NCBI GenBank assembly: GCA_003971905.1
Contig: RSEE01000086.1
Span: forward strand, 62,001-126,000
DNA length: 64,000 nucleotides
Reading direction: 5' to 3'
Source: Moniliella sp. 'wahieum'
Taxonomy: Eukaryota
Shown: one piece after another, positions 50,209-62,028 of the stretch
How positions within the stretch are numbered: the stretch's first letter is position 1
Layout: every line of letters starts with the position of its first letter
Notes under the pieces: generated by a model
Database searches by the model: none
The model's input: the letters and a program-made list of their open reading frames with translations, nothing else
What the model was told of the DNA's origin: nothing
Position numbers and translations under genes: made by a program

Positions 50209-53200
50209 CCAGAGAGAGGCAGTCCTGGCCGGTGGCGGCGAAAGGAGGAATGAATAATCGGAGCTGGACAGTCGGGCGATTGAGCCACACTAGCCCTCTG
50301 CCGGGGGGGCGTGTTGGCCCCGCCGTTTTCACGCTGACACTCGGCCCTTTCCCCTCGGCCCGACGTCATCGATCCGTCATTAATCAGTGTGCGCGTCATC
50401 AATGGATCCTGCCGGGTGGGGGCGTGTGGGTGCTAGGGTGCATTATGAATGGAGCCAACACACGGCACAGTCGTGGGCAGCGGGTACGCAGGACGACCGC
50501 GGGGCGTACGGATGGGATACCTAGAGTACTCCACTGAGTCTCAGTACTCCGACTGAGTGCCTAGTGCTCCGAGTAATCGATCTGATCAAGATCATATCCA
50601 GGCCGCAGAGCGAATCGGATGGAATATGGAGCGCTGCGGACGGCTGGCGGCCGCGGTAGCTTTGGGTGCCTTCGACTGGCCACTTGCCTCTTGCCTGGTG
50701 TTGCCACCGGCCACCAGCCACTTGCCGCCGGCCCAACGCTTTCACAAATCGGCCCCAGCACACGTGAGACGCGTGACGCTCTTCCTCTCCTCTCCGCGGC
50801 CGCCCTCGCGCTACGTCGTGCCCTATCGATCCTATCTGCACCACCTGCTCCAGGCCAGTAACTAGTAACATGTAACACCCTCGACGTCTCAGCTCAGCAT
50901 GCGCCACAGCCATCAGAGACTGCCGCACAGGAGGATTCTACTGGTGCCGGCTACGTAGAACATCGTACTTACTAATGACTACCATGCGTAGGCACCGAGT
51001 CACCGGTCACCACCTCCCGTCTCGGGCGTCTCCAGCCTCCAGCATGCTTGCTTCTTTGTCCGGCCCCGGCCAACGACCCCGGCTGTCCGACGATCTCCTC
51101 CGAGCGGCAGAAGAAGCTCGCGAAGCGCGTCAACGTTCAACGTACATGGTGGACACAGAACAAAGAACGTGTAAACTCTACGATATGGCCAAGCTAACCG
51201 GAACCTTCCCCCCCGGCCTATAGTCCCGACTACCGGTGAAGACGTGACGCGTGACTGACTACCGGGGCACTCCCTGACTCGGGGTGATGGTGATGCTGGT
51301 TGGTCGCTCCAGGATATACTGTGTACACGACGTCCGGTAAAAGATCGATCAGATCCATACGTAGTACGTTGAACGTTGAACGTTGAGTCGGTGAGTCGGT
51401 GAGATCCGAGAGAGATCAATCTTCTATTACCATATGGCAGGACCCAAAGAATCCGCCAACAACCCTACTGCTCCCGACCTGAACCCTACTGCTCCCCCAC
51501 CTGCACGTGACGGGGGGGGGCTGCCGACTATCGGGCATATGACGGAGTCGCGTCGACGCGTCCCTCCACTCCCTTACAATGCCCCCCACCCGTACTCACC
51601 GCCGGTGCCCCCATTGCCGCACCAACGACCACACTGGCACACGGTGCCCCTTCAATCCACTCCCACGTTTGTGCCCCCACTGCCGTCGACCTGGCTACAA
51701 GGCTGCCGCGGAGCGGTGGAGCAAGGAGGAGATGTGGAAAGCAATTGGGGTCTTTGCGACAAAAATAAGGTGGGGGGGGAAGGACAAGAAGAGGGGGGCA
51801 GGACAAGAAGAGGGGGGGCAAAGGGGATTGGTGGTGGAAGGATGGAGCAGGATGGTCAATGCTCCAGAGGTGGCCGGCTCCATCCATTGTAACGTGAATT
51901 ACGTCGACCCTATACGCCGGCTGGAGGGTAGTAACGTGTCTGAAGCCTCCGGGGCTGAGCGACGGTAGATGCAGTGGAACGGACAGACACTTCCAGGTCT
52001 GAGGCATGGCAGTGGCTGTGAAAGGAACCCACGCGACACGCTGTGGTACGGAGAACCGACGCGGCTGATGGAAGGCTCGCGCGACTGGGCAGATGAAAAG
52101 ATAGAGTGCGACTTGGGAGCACTCGCGATCCTATGGATGAGCTGCAAAGCAGCCTTCAGACAGGCGTGAAGGCAAAGAGGTGAGCCACAAGTCTTCAGGC
52201 AACATCTCAATTGAAGGGAAGGAGACAGGAGAGAGAGAGGGGCATAAAGCGAGCAGGGCGCGCGCGCCTGCGAGCGAAACTCTTCCGCCCGGTTAAGTGA
52301 GCGTCACCGATGCACCGAGGGCCGTGCAAGGGAACCTCAGCACTCCCCTCCTACAGAAGCAAGCGGAGGCTGCGAAGGCACTAAGGATGTCATCCGATAG
52401 CACTTCCTCGTATTCCATGGGCAAGTTTCTTTAGCATGCTGAAGTCAGGCCCAGGCCTGAGGCGTAGCAACGTGCAACGCAGAGCTGCGCAACTCCTTCT
52501 CGCCAGTCCATCCTCTAGCCGCTAGAGACGTGTCCATTCTTCAATTGTCCAGACTACCCACAGTTGATCGTTGATGTACGCTCCCCCAGCCCCACCGACC
52601 ACCACCTCACACGCAAAACCAGCACCGTGTGGCCCATGCTGTGTCACCTGTGACAGGCATTACACTATTGGCTGAAAGAAGGGGGCTAGGGCGAAGCACT
52701 AGACTATGGGCGATCAATGGGTGCGCGATAAATCGGTCAAACCAGTGAGAAAGCCCAGAACCGCGGTTGTCCGTTAGCGCGTTAACGTTTAACGTTCAAC
52801 GTTCAACTGAGAACTACGCTACCAAGTAAGGACGATTGTACTGTGCAGGGTGGGAACAGTCAGAGATAGCTTCTGGTAAGTTACGGACGCTAGTACAACC
52901 TTTTGTGCAACAGAGAGAAGAGGAAGGAGGGGAATGATTAATGAGGGCGCGACGGCAACCAATCCGGGGCGGGGCGAGTCGCGGAACTATATAGCGAGTT
53001 CCTGCCAGCGACAGGGTACATGCAACATGGCCGATCTAGCCATCACACCAAGTGGTGCCACATGCCACCACACTCCAACACTGGCATCCACAATTCACAT
53101 CCCTGATCTTCAGCTTCAAGCTTCAAGCTCGACGGTTGAACGGTTGAACTGGACGTTGAAGTCGCTGGCGGTATAGATCTAGCTTAAACTTAACGCAACA

Positions 53201-53531
53201 GGAGGACGCGACAGGGCATAGGGTGGGTGCCTTTCATGCAGCGCATGGTGATTGGAGTGCCGAGAGCAGGTCCCAGGGCGATGAAAGGCTTGCGTTTACG
53301 CGTTACGCCGGGTGGAAGATGGAATGAGATCCACCATAACCCTTACCCTCCTCGGCATTGACTATTGAGGAAGAGAGGGATGGGATTTGCCTTTGGCCCA
53401 CATCATGTGATGCAGATGCATCCGGGCGAGTGATGCGGAGGGTCGTGGGTCGAGTGATGCAACCGTCAATGGCACAGGCGGAAGAAGGCGGAAGAAGCAT
53501 GACGAGCAGAAAAGAAGGATGGTAGGATGAA

Positions 53532-54450
53532 CTAGATTGGCTCGGAGGCAGAGCACCATCGCCCGGATGGCAATGGCGTTGAGGAGGCGGTCATGGGGTT
53601 CGCGCGGTACCATCTGTCCCGGTGGCAGCAGCTGTGGTTCCAACGCCAAGGCCAACGTCTCGACCGGGGGCAAGTGAGGTGGGCCAGGCGACAGCATCCA
53701 TCGCAGTGAGGTACCGATCGTCGTACCCTTTGCCATGCCCAACCGGCCTGCGTGGTGATCAAATGCCACGCCTGGCACGACGATTAGGTCCAGCCCTTGA
53801 CCAGTGCGCTGGGAAGCAGTGGGTCGTCCCTCTTTACCAGCTTGGGGCCGTCAAGGTGCACGGTGGGATGGGAATGAGCGCATAGTGTTCCCCGGTTCGC
53901 GGATCCCCCACTGTTGGGTTGGAGCGCATGAAATTCCTCCTCAGTGTGGATGTGAAGCATCCTCATTTCCCCCATCTTGTCCCCCGATCCAAACAGCGGC
54001 ACATGAGCCTCTTGCCTGTCGCAGCTACAGTCAGCGCTCAGCTCGCCCCCCCGAAACGGAAGCAGCAGCAAGTAGCAAGTAGCCAGTAGCAAGGAGTATG
54101 TAGCAAGAGGGGTTAGGGGGACGGAGAGTACGACCTTGCCCCAACGCCGCGCGGCACAGACTGTCGTGTACACTTCGCCTTGTCCATGTTGACGTAGATG
54201 CTGATGGCGTGGGCGGCCTTCCATAGAGGCGGGCCAAGACCAGTTGCTCGACCGTGGCGCTCTGGGCAGTAAGCTGCTCCTTGGTCATGGCATCCAGCGT
54301 GCGGGCCATGGACTTGCGCAGCGTGCGCTTCTGCTGCCGAAGCGAAGGAGGAGGGGCAGGCGAGGTGGCCGCATCAGCAGCCGAAGCGGTGGCCATGGTG
54401 CGCACCACACCGACGGCACCAGGCAGGGCAAAGGCACGCAGGGTAGGCAA
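53532..54450 (-). CDS. FAU1: 5-formyltetrahydrofolate cyclo-ligase (MTHFS); intron about 54017-54134; frameshifted; ends approximate
   Basis: KRTLRKSMARTL, ISIYVNM..EV, MRMLHI, PGVAFDHHAGRLG.GKGYD, LALALEPQL..VPREPHDRLLNAI. Confidence 0.88.
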
Positions 54451-55682
54451 CGCGGGCGAGCATGCTCATCGAACCCACGGCTTGCGTGTGGCTGGCGCCT
54501 TACAGGTGGCTGAGAGAGCGGGGTGCGTACGTAAGCGGCATCGAGGGGAAGGGCCGTGCCTTATGTCATTTCACGTGCCCGCTGCTTGCTCACCTGGGCG
54601 ATGCGTGGCCCGTGCACAGCAACACCATGCCTCCGCGTGGGCCGCCAAGGCGACCAGGAACAGGCGGTGGCAGAAGCGAGCAGTGTGCCTTGCCCACTGG
54701 CCCCTTGTGCGCATGGCACCATCTCCATCAGGCAGCGGCAAAACTGGGCGCACACACGCATAATCCAACCCATTTCTTAGATACAAAAACACATCGTCGG
54801 GTAACCTTATTATATGCCAGCCTACTCGTGTTTATCCCCGGGAACAACGGCAGAAGACCCTATCAAGCAAACACGCACCTCACCTTTTCCGGCTACGAGC
54901 GGCGGCGAAGGATCGATGGATTGAGCAGATGATGGGGGCGGCAACACCAGACAAAAAAGGGAGCTGGGTGGGATGAGCTCTGCTGGGCTTTTGGCGTGCG
55001 GTCCAGTCCAAAGACCACATGCGTATGAAGCTTATTGAGTTCGCAGCCCAAATGGCCCCAAAGCCTTGCCCTGTTCACACCACACGATTGGCCGCACACA
55101 CCCGCACAGCCATCCTTAAGCCCCCGGCCGCCGCGCAGTGGCAAAACACACCCATCAGGGGGCGGCGAAGTGTATCTGGGTGGAAAAGCGCTATGAGATC
55201 GCAGTGCGGGTGGGAGGGCCGAGAGAGGAGCGGCTCATCTCATGCGTCGGTGCGTGGCGCGGAGTGGTGAACAGGCTCGCAGATCGCTTCGTCAACCCTT
55301 GCAGCGGCACACACACTCCCCAACTGGCCGCATCAGAGGGGAAGGCGGTGCTCTGGGCTGCCATGCGTCCTCGCGGCAACCCCTATGCCAAGGCGTTCGG
55401 CTGCCATGGGAGCAGATCCTGCTGCTTTTGTCTACTGTGCACCAGTGGCAGTGCGGTGCACTGGTGCTGGTGGTACCAAGGCGTAGATCCTGCCACTCCA
55501 TCTTCTTGCCCATTCATCCCAGTCTCGGTTCCCTCTCGTTTTTGTCGCGCCATGGCCAACAGCAGCATCGCCGTCCGAGTCCTTCCGTGGGGAGCCGGGC
55601 GCACCGGCCGGAGCTGCCGTATTCCCCTTGCGGCCGCACCCACGACCTCTGTGCCTTCGTTACCGGCCCAAGGCCTCCTCGT

Positions 55683-57746
55683 ATGATCCTCTTCGTCCTC
55701 CTGCTTCTCTCTGTCTTTCTGCTCTTCGCATCGGCCAACGTGTGGCTCCGACGCCCCCCAGCGCAACACCGAGCGCCCAACATGCCCCCGTTTTCGATAC
55801 CAAACACAGCTGGCTCAAGCCTCGCAGCGGCCCCGTCTTCTGCGACACTGCGTCCCCGCCCTTGATACCACACTCACTGCTACCGCTACCAGCAGCCTCG
55901 ACTGGCGCGCCTCCATCCTTTCTTCCCTTTCAGCCGCTGCTTCGTCTTCCTTGCCGTCCCCATCTTCCACTGCGGTCTCTGCCACCGCCGTGTGCACTTC
56001 GGCTGCAACCGTCCTCGTCCGCTTCGCTCTCCTCTTCGGCTCTACCGTCCTTTGCTAGCAACAGTATTAGCTACATTGTCTCCTCTTCCTCTTCCTCAAC
56101 TGCAACCACCGCCGACACGGCGCAACCACGACGCTTCCGCGCCCAACTCGCTCACTACGCGGCCCGCCAACAAAACTGGCCTATCTGGTGGACGTCTGGC
56201 CGGAGTGCTGGTCGGATCGATCATAGGTGCCGTCTTACTCGGCGCCCTTCTCACGATAAGCCTGTTGTGGTGCTTACGCCGTCATCGACAGAGAAGCTCA
56301 CGCTCGCCGCGGCGACACCAGCCGAGGCCGACGTGGAGGGGACGCCGTCTGCGCGCGAAACTGTCCGCGCAGCAGAGAGGGGGGACGCAAGCCTCCTTCC
56401 CGAGCGGTGCATACCAACAAGCCCCTTCCAGTCTCGCCGTGCCCTCGTTGGACCCTCCGACGGGACGCGGCCATCTTCTTGCCATCCGCTCCTGCGACGC
56501 CGTCCACAGCAGAAGACGATGCACGGCAGCGTCCTCGCCTCTGCACACCCTCCCCCCTTCCCCGCACACAGCACCACGCCACCCAACGCCCCCGCCTCCC
56601 ACCCGCACCCGCCTATGCCCACGCCCATGCCCACGCCCACGCCACTCGAAAGCCCACCTCCTCCTCGTCCCAGCCCACTGCCTGCCTCTTCCCCCTCCGC
56701 GCACCGCCCCCGCCCCCGCACCAGCCTCGCACCCCGCGCACACCACCTTCCCCCACGCGCCTAGCCAACGGGGACACATCTGTCTCCTCGTCGCTTGCTA
56801 CCCTTGACCCGACCTCGCACCTGTCCCATTCCATTCCCATTCCCCTTGGCCCCGTCCCACCTCTCTCTCCTGTGCAGCAAGCACCTCATCCGGCGATACT
56901 GCTGTGCCCCCTGCGGGCATGTGGGTGGGCCTACGCCCGCCCACCCCTCGCCCGCTGCCCTCCCCACCCCACGGATGCAGGACGGTGCCCACGCCCATTC
57001 CTACGGACCCCCGACCGCGTACACCCCCGCCGACTGCTGAGCCAGAGTGCCGCCCGAGCGGACCTCCCAACGGGCCGGGTGCTAGTTCCGGGCCCACCTC
57101 ACCCACGGTCTCGTCTCGCCCACTGGGTCCGACCTGCCCATCTCTTCGCCCGGTACGACGGTGGGGGAAGTCAGAGACGTGTACAGTGGTCAACTGATTC
57201 GCGGCCGGAGCAAAGTGGTGGCCGTGTACCATTACGCAGCCCAGTTGCCCGATGAGTTGACCTCCACCGCGGAGAGGTGGTGACGGTGTTACGGCTGTAC
57301 GACGATGGGTGGGCGTTGGGCCAGACGGCTGCGGGCCGGCGGCGGTGGTGGGACGAGGTACGCCGGTTCGGTAGTTCCACCAACCGCCCCACCATCATCG
57401 GCAGCATCAGCACCAGCAGCAGGACCTGGACCTGGACCGAACGGGAGCGTTCCCACTCGTGTGTTACCTTGCTCGTCCCTTGTCGGCTACGAGCACAGGA
57501 ACAGGAGGAGGCAATGGAGCTGCGCTGTTGCTGCGCGCGAATGCGAATGCGAATGCGAATGCGAATGCGAATGCGAATGCGAATGCGAATGCGATGCGGG
57601 AGGACAACAGCTATCTACGCTTGGGTCCACGCCAGGTACTTTGCTTCTGGCGAGCCTCGCGGCCGCCGTCGCGGCCGACCTTGGCCCGTGCGCCCGGCGG
57701 CTCGGCAATTCTCGAAGCCGAAGAAGGCACCGAAAGCTCGTCGTAG
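55683..57746 (+). CDS. Type I membrane protein: signal peptide, Ser/Thr-rich ectodomain, TM helix, Pro-rich linker, C-terminal SH3 (Fus1-like architecture)
   Basis: MILFVLLLLSVFLLFASA; GVLVGSIIGAVLLGALLTISLLWCLRRHRQR; SH3 VVAVYHYAAQLPDEL..GEVVTVLRLYDDGWALG..GAFPLVC. Confidence 0.75.
57537..57594. repeat. (GCGAAT)9 microsatellite
   Basis: Directly visible; encodes (AN)n in the SH3 gene frame. Confidence 0.95.
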
Positions 57747-58062
57747 CAACCACACCCGTTTCTTCGCTACCATCCTGCGCTCTTACGCTCTTGCGTTCTT
57801 CTTGGCGTTGCCTCTCGTCTAACCGGGGTTGGTATATTGTATCTTATCCACTCGTTCGCTTATCGGAGGCCTGCGGGAGGAAGCTCTCCTGCCCACCACC
57901 CACCACCGACTACCCACTACCCACTACCCACATTATCCCTCACCCCGCTCGATCGTTACCGTGCGCCCGACTATAGATCTTGTTGACGTGGTTCGGGGAC
58001 TCGGCTCGTGCGTTTCCTACCGCCCAGTCGCTATAGAGTCGAGGCCCAGGTCCCGCTTGCCC

Positions 58063-60208
58063 CTATGAATGATCCATTGGTGAAGCGGTGGGTGGTGCCA
58101 GGGACGAGGGGATGGGGATAGGGTGCGTATAACAAGACAAGACACAGGGCAAGAACGCCTGCACCGTAGAAGGGTTATAACCGCTACTAGTTAGGTTAGG
58201 TGGGAGCGTTGCCCTTGCCCTTACCCTTGCCCTTGCCCTTAGCTTGGTTGGGGCCTTGCCGTTAGTCTTGGCTGGGGCTTTTCCTTTACCCTTGGGGTTG
58301 GGGGGGGGTGGGTGGGGACGTGGATGTAGACAGAGATGGGTTGGATGTGGATTCCTTAGCTCGAGTTGGAGCCGACTGGGAGCCAGAAGGGTTCGAAGAG
58401 CCCGGCGTGGCAAAGTGCGGCTCCACCACGGGGGGAACAATGTCCTTGCCTTTAGACCAAGCGAAGCGGTCTTTTGCCTTTCTTGTTCGGCATCCTGTCC
58501 GTGTGAGTCGGATTCGAGATCAGACTCTGGCTCAGACTCGGACTCTACCTCTTCCACCGGCACGCCCGCCTGGACCCACGCACTCCAAGCAGGCGCCCTC
58601 CACCTGCCTCGCTCTTCGGTGCGATAGAGTACATCGGCCTCCTCTTCCCCGCCACTTGCCTCTTGGGTGGTGCCCACCTGCGCTCTGCCCTCGGCACCGT
58701 CCGCTCCACCCCGCCGCGAAGCGGGTTGGTTCGACCCAAGTCATACGGTCGGCTACCAGAAGCTGGTCTGCTTGGTCGGGCTCCTCGTCCGAGTCACTCT
58801 CAATCACCAGAGCCGGCTTGGGCGCGAGGCGGAAGAAGCAGAGGAAGCCTGCGCCGGAGCTGGAGCCGGGGCCGCGGCGGCGCGGACTTTTCGTACCTTG
58901 CGCTCGCTCGTCATCTTGTGGGTCGTCGTATTGAGCCGGAGAACGCGGTGGTTTTTTCGCGCACCGCCTCCGAGGCTGAGGAGCTTTGCCACGAGATTTG
59001 CCCGAGGGCAGGTCAGGGAAGAGATGGTCCAGCGCAAGTTCTTGACCGCGTTGCTGGGCAATCAATTGGGCCTGGGCACGTTGCCGCTCCAACAACAGTT
59101 GTCGCTGCACCTCCTTCTTCGTTCTTCCTTCTCCTGCTGCACCTCTTGTGCACACTGCTGTTCATATTGGTCCAGCACCAGCGTGTACACCCCCTGCCGC
59201 ACCAAACTTGCTCGGACTCGTGTCGTTGCGCTTGCCTTGGCCTTGCCTCGCCTCCCCACTCTTCCTCCTCGTCAGCGGCAAGGTCGGCGTGCCGCAGCTG
59301 GGACACTGCCCGCCGGGCGCAAGCGGCGACGGCCGGAGCGCTGTGCAGAACACGAGTTGACACTGCGAGCAGAGGGATCCACTTCATTGGCCGATGCACT
59401 TGGCCTGCACAAAAGCATCGCGTCTGGGCCACCGCGGCAGCAGGATGCGGTACACGTAGCAGGCCAATGCATCCTCCATCTCCACCAGCTCGGACGTCGG
59501 TTTGCCAGGCCGCTCGAACTGGGGAAGAGGGAGCAACCCGTCTTCCTGCTCGTCTGGGTCGTCCGGCGCACGCGCTGCGACCGAGGTGAGGCGGGGTCAG
59601 GGAGGAAGTGGGGATGGAGATGGAGGTGGGGATGGGGGTGGGGGGGGTCTCGGGCGTCAGCTCGGGTTCCGGCGTGGCCGGAGCCGAGGGGAGGTGGCCA
59701 GGGCGGGGAGAGGAGACCGAAGGGGAGGCGGATGTGCTCCGTGCGGCGTGGGTGGATCCCGAATTAGAAACGGGCTTCTTCTTGCCTCCGTACTGCGCTC
59801 CAATCGCATCGAGCGCATTCTCCTTCTTGTACACCATCCCGGCGGTGGGCGCAACGGTGCGCACAGCACGGGGCGCAGGAAGGTGGCCCTTCTTGGTATG
59901 CGCCAGGCCAGGCTGCGTTTTCTTTTGCTTCTCCCTCCGGGGCCGGTCGGGGGTGGGCGGCGCGGTGTGGGTGTGGCGGGCAAAGCCTTCCCAGCAGCGA
60001 GTCGGCCGAGGGCAGGGCGGGGAACTTGGTGGCGGGCGAGAGCAGCGCCACCACCTCTTCCACCGGCGCGCCGGGGCCCAACATGGAGCGCAGGTGCTCG
60101 CCTGCTCGGGGCGCGGGAGGCTGCGAGGTAGGGCAAGAGCTGCTCCTGCACTCGGCGGGTCGAGCCGGTGAGGCCAGCAAGACGCGCAACGGCCTCCTCG
60201 TCGGCCAT
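58063..60208 (-). CDS. RQT4: Rqt4/TRIP4 (ASC-1)-like C2HC5 zinc-finger protein; frameshifted; 3' end approximate
   Basis: N-terminal MADEEAVARLAGL..EHLRSMLG; zinc finger RCFC...H...C..C..FC...QCPSCGTP followed by a coiled coil. Confidence 0.65.
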
Positions 60209-60475
60209 GGCGGGGTGGGGATGCGGGTGGTGGTGGCGTGGTGTGGAGGTGGAGGTGATGGGGCGGCGGGCGACGCAACCAGCGGCTGGCTGGATTCGCG
60301 TGGCGGTGATGCCTGTGACGTGACAGCCACTTGGTTTGAATTTGATTGTTCACTTCCTCGTGCTCGCCGGCGGAAATGCATTCCGCCTCGCGCGTTCCGC
60401 GGGCGGCAGTTGCCACCTGCCTCTCGCTCGTCGGCCGTCTGCTCTGTCCCCCCCACCACCAGCATCTACGCCCCA

Positions 60476-61414
60476 TGTCGACACTGCTTGCCCCGCCGTT
60501 GTCCCCGCCGTTGTCCCCGCCGTTGTCCCCGCCGTTGTCCCCGCCGTGTCCCCCACCATGGCCGCCGGCATCGCGACGAGGCGGTGGCCGCACAGCGCGT
60601 GCGCGCCTGCCTCGCCCGCTTGGGCCAGGGCTCGTCGCCCGTGTGCCTCCGGCTGCCCTTCCTCTCCCACACCCTGTCTGTTTCCATGCCTGCCAACACG
60701 ACTGCGGGCGAATGCTGGACGCATTGGCCCCGCTGAGCCCACGGCGCATGCGCATCGTTGCCTTCCCCTCGGGTCGTGCCGTGGCGGAGGCGACGTGCGT
60801 GCCCCCCCTGGAGGAGGTGAGTGTGTTGGCTCCTCTGCCGGGTGGCAAGGGTGGGTTTGGCAGTATGCTTCGTGCCCAAGGCGGCCGCATGAGTGCCCGT
60901 CGCCGTACGGGAAGGGGAAGATACGAGTGCGTGTCGGGACCTGTCGGGTCGTCGGCTAAGTGTCAAGCGCGATGCCCAACGTCTTGCCGAGTACCTCCAA
61001 GCCGAGCCGGAACGACGAAAGCAGTTGGATGCGCGGCACCAAGCGCGGATCAAGCGGACTGGAAAAGATGTTGGGCCGGACACCCAAGACGGAACGTGAC
61101 CTGCAAGAGGCCGCGGAGAAGATGGTGGCGTCCGATGCCGCGTTGGCAGAGGCCGTCGAGTTTGATTCGGAGGAGGAGCAGGTGGCCACCACCTCGGCTT
61201 TGGCGTCGGCGTCGGCGTCGGCGTCCACGCCCGCACCTGCTGCGCTGGCGAGGGATCGTCCAAGGCGCGCATCAACGACCACCAGTTTGTTGAGGACAGC
61301 CGGGCGGCTGTGGCGGGCGCACGGAATGCGGTGGCGCTGGCCATGGCCAAGAAGAAGAAGAAGGCCAAGGGTGCGGCAGCCAGCCAGGCGTTGCCGTCGC
61401 CTTCGCACCTGTAA
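60476..61414 (+). CDS. SDE2: Sde2 ubiquitin-fold splicing/replication-stress factor; start approximate
   Basis: LPGGKGGFGSMLRAQGGRMS, SACRDLSGRRL..AQRLAEYL; Lys-rich end KKKKAK; TAA 61412-61414. Confidence 0.9.
60491..60546. repeat. 12-bp tandem repeat (CCCCGCCGTTGT) x4
   Basis: Directly visible. Confidence 0.9.
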
Positions 61415-62028
61415 TCGGACACGTGACATCTGATATGAGTGTGGAGTGGCTGAGGCGCGTGCGATGGGTGCGGGCGGTGATAAAGGGGGGGGGCGGCTGT
61501 AGCGGAGAGAGAGCGGGGCTAGCGGGGCGCAGACAAGGCGCAGGGGAGGCTGTGGGGATGGGGGGGGGCGTGTACGTAGGGGGGCGAGGGCGGAGGATGG
61601 GCTCGGGACGCAACGGGCCGGAGCCGACCAGGGTTTGTTTTCCAGAGAAGTTGACCCCTGGGAAGGACGGGCGTGGCCGGGTGGCGCTAATCATGGGCGA
61701 CAAGCGTGGCCCCTGGCATGGGCCGCACGTGACGGGCGCCTGCTGGCAGCTGGGCAGCGGCGCGCACAGACCGCCGGCGCTCTCCTGCTCCTCCTCGTGC
61801 CGCCCGATCTGCTCCGACGGGGCGCCAGGAGCATCGGCTGGCGCGTCGGCCTCAGCCAGCCGCACCCAACACCCACCGCAAGCTTCGCCTCTTCCACGCG
61901 GGGCGGCCCGCAGCCACCCCACCCTCAGCCGGCGATCCCACACCCGCGGGGTATATAGCTTCGTATATAGCACCCACCCCCGTCCCCCCCAGGCGCGCTG
62001 CTGCCCCCCCCCCCCCACCCACCCCGCC

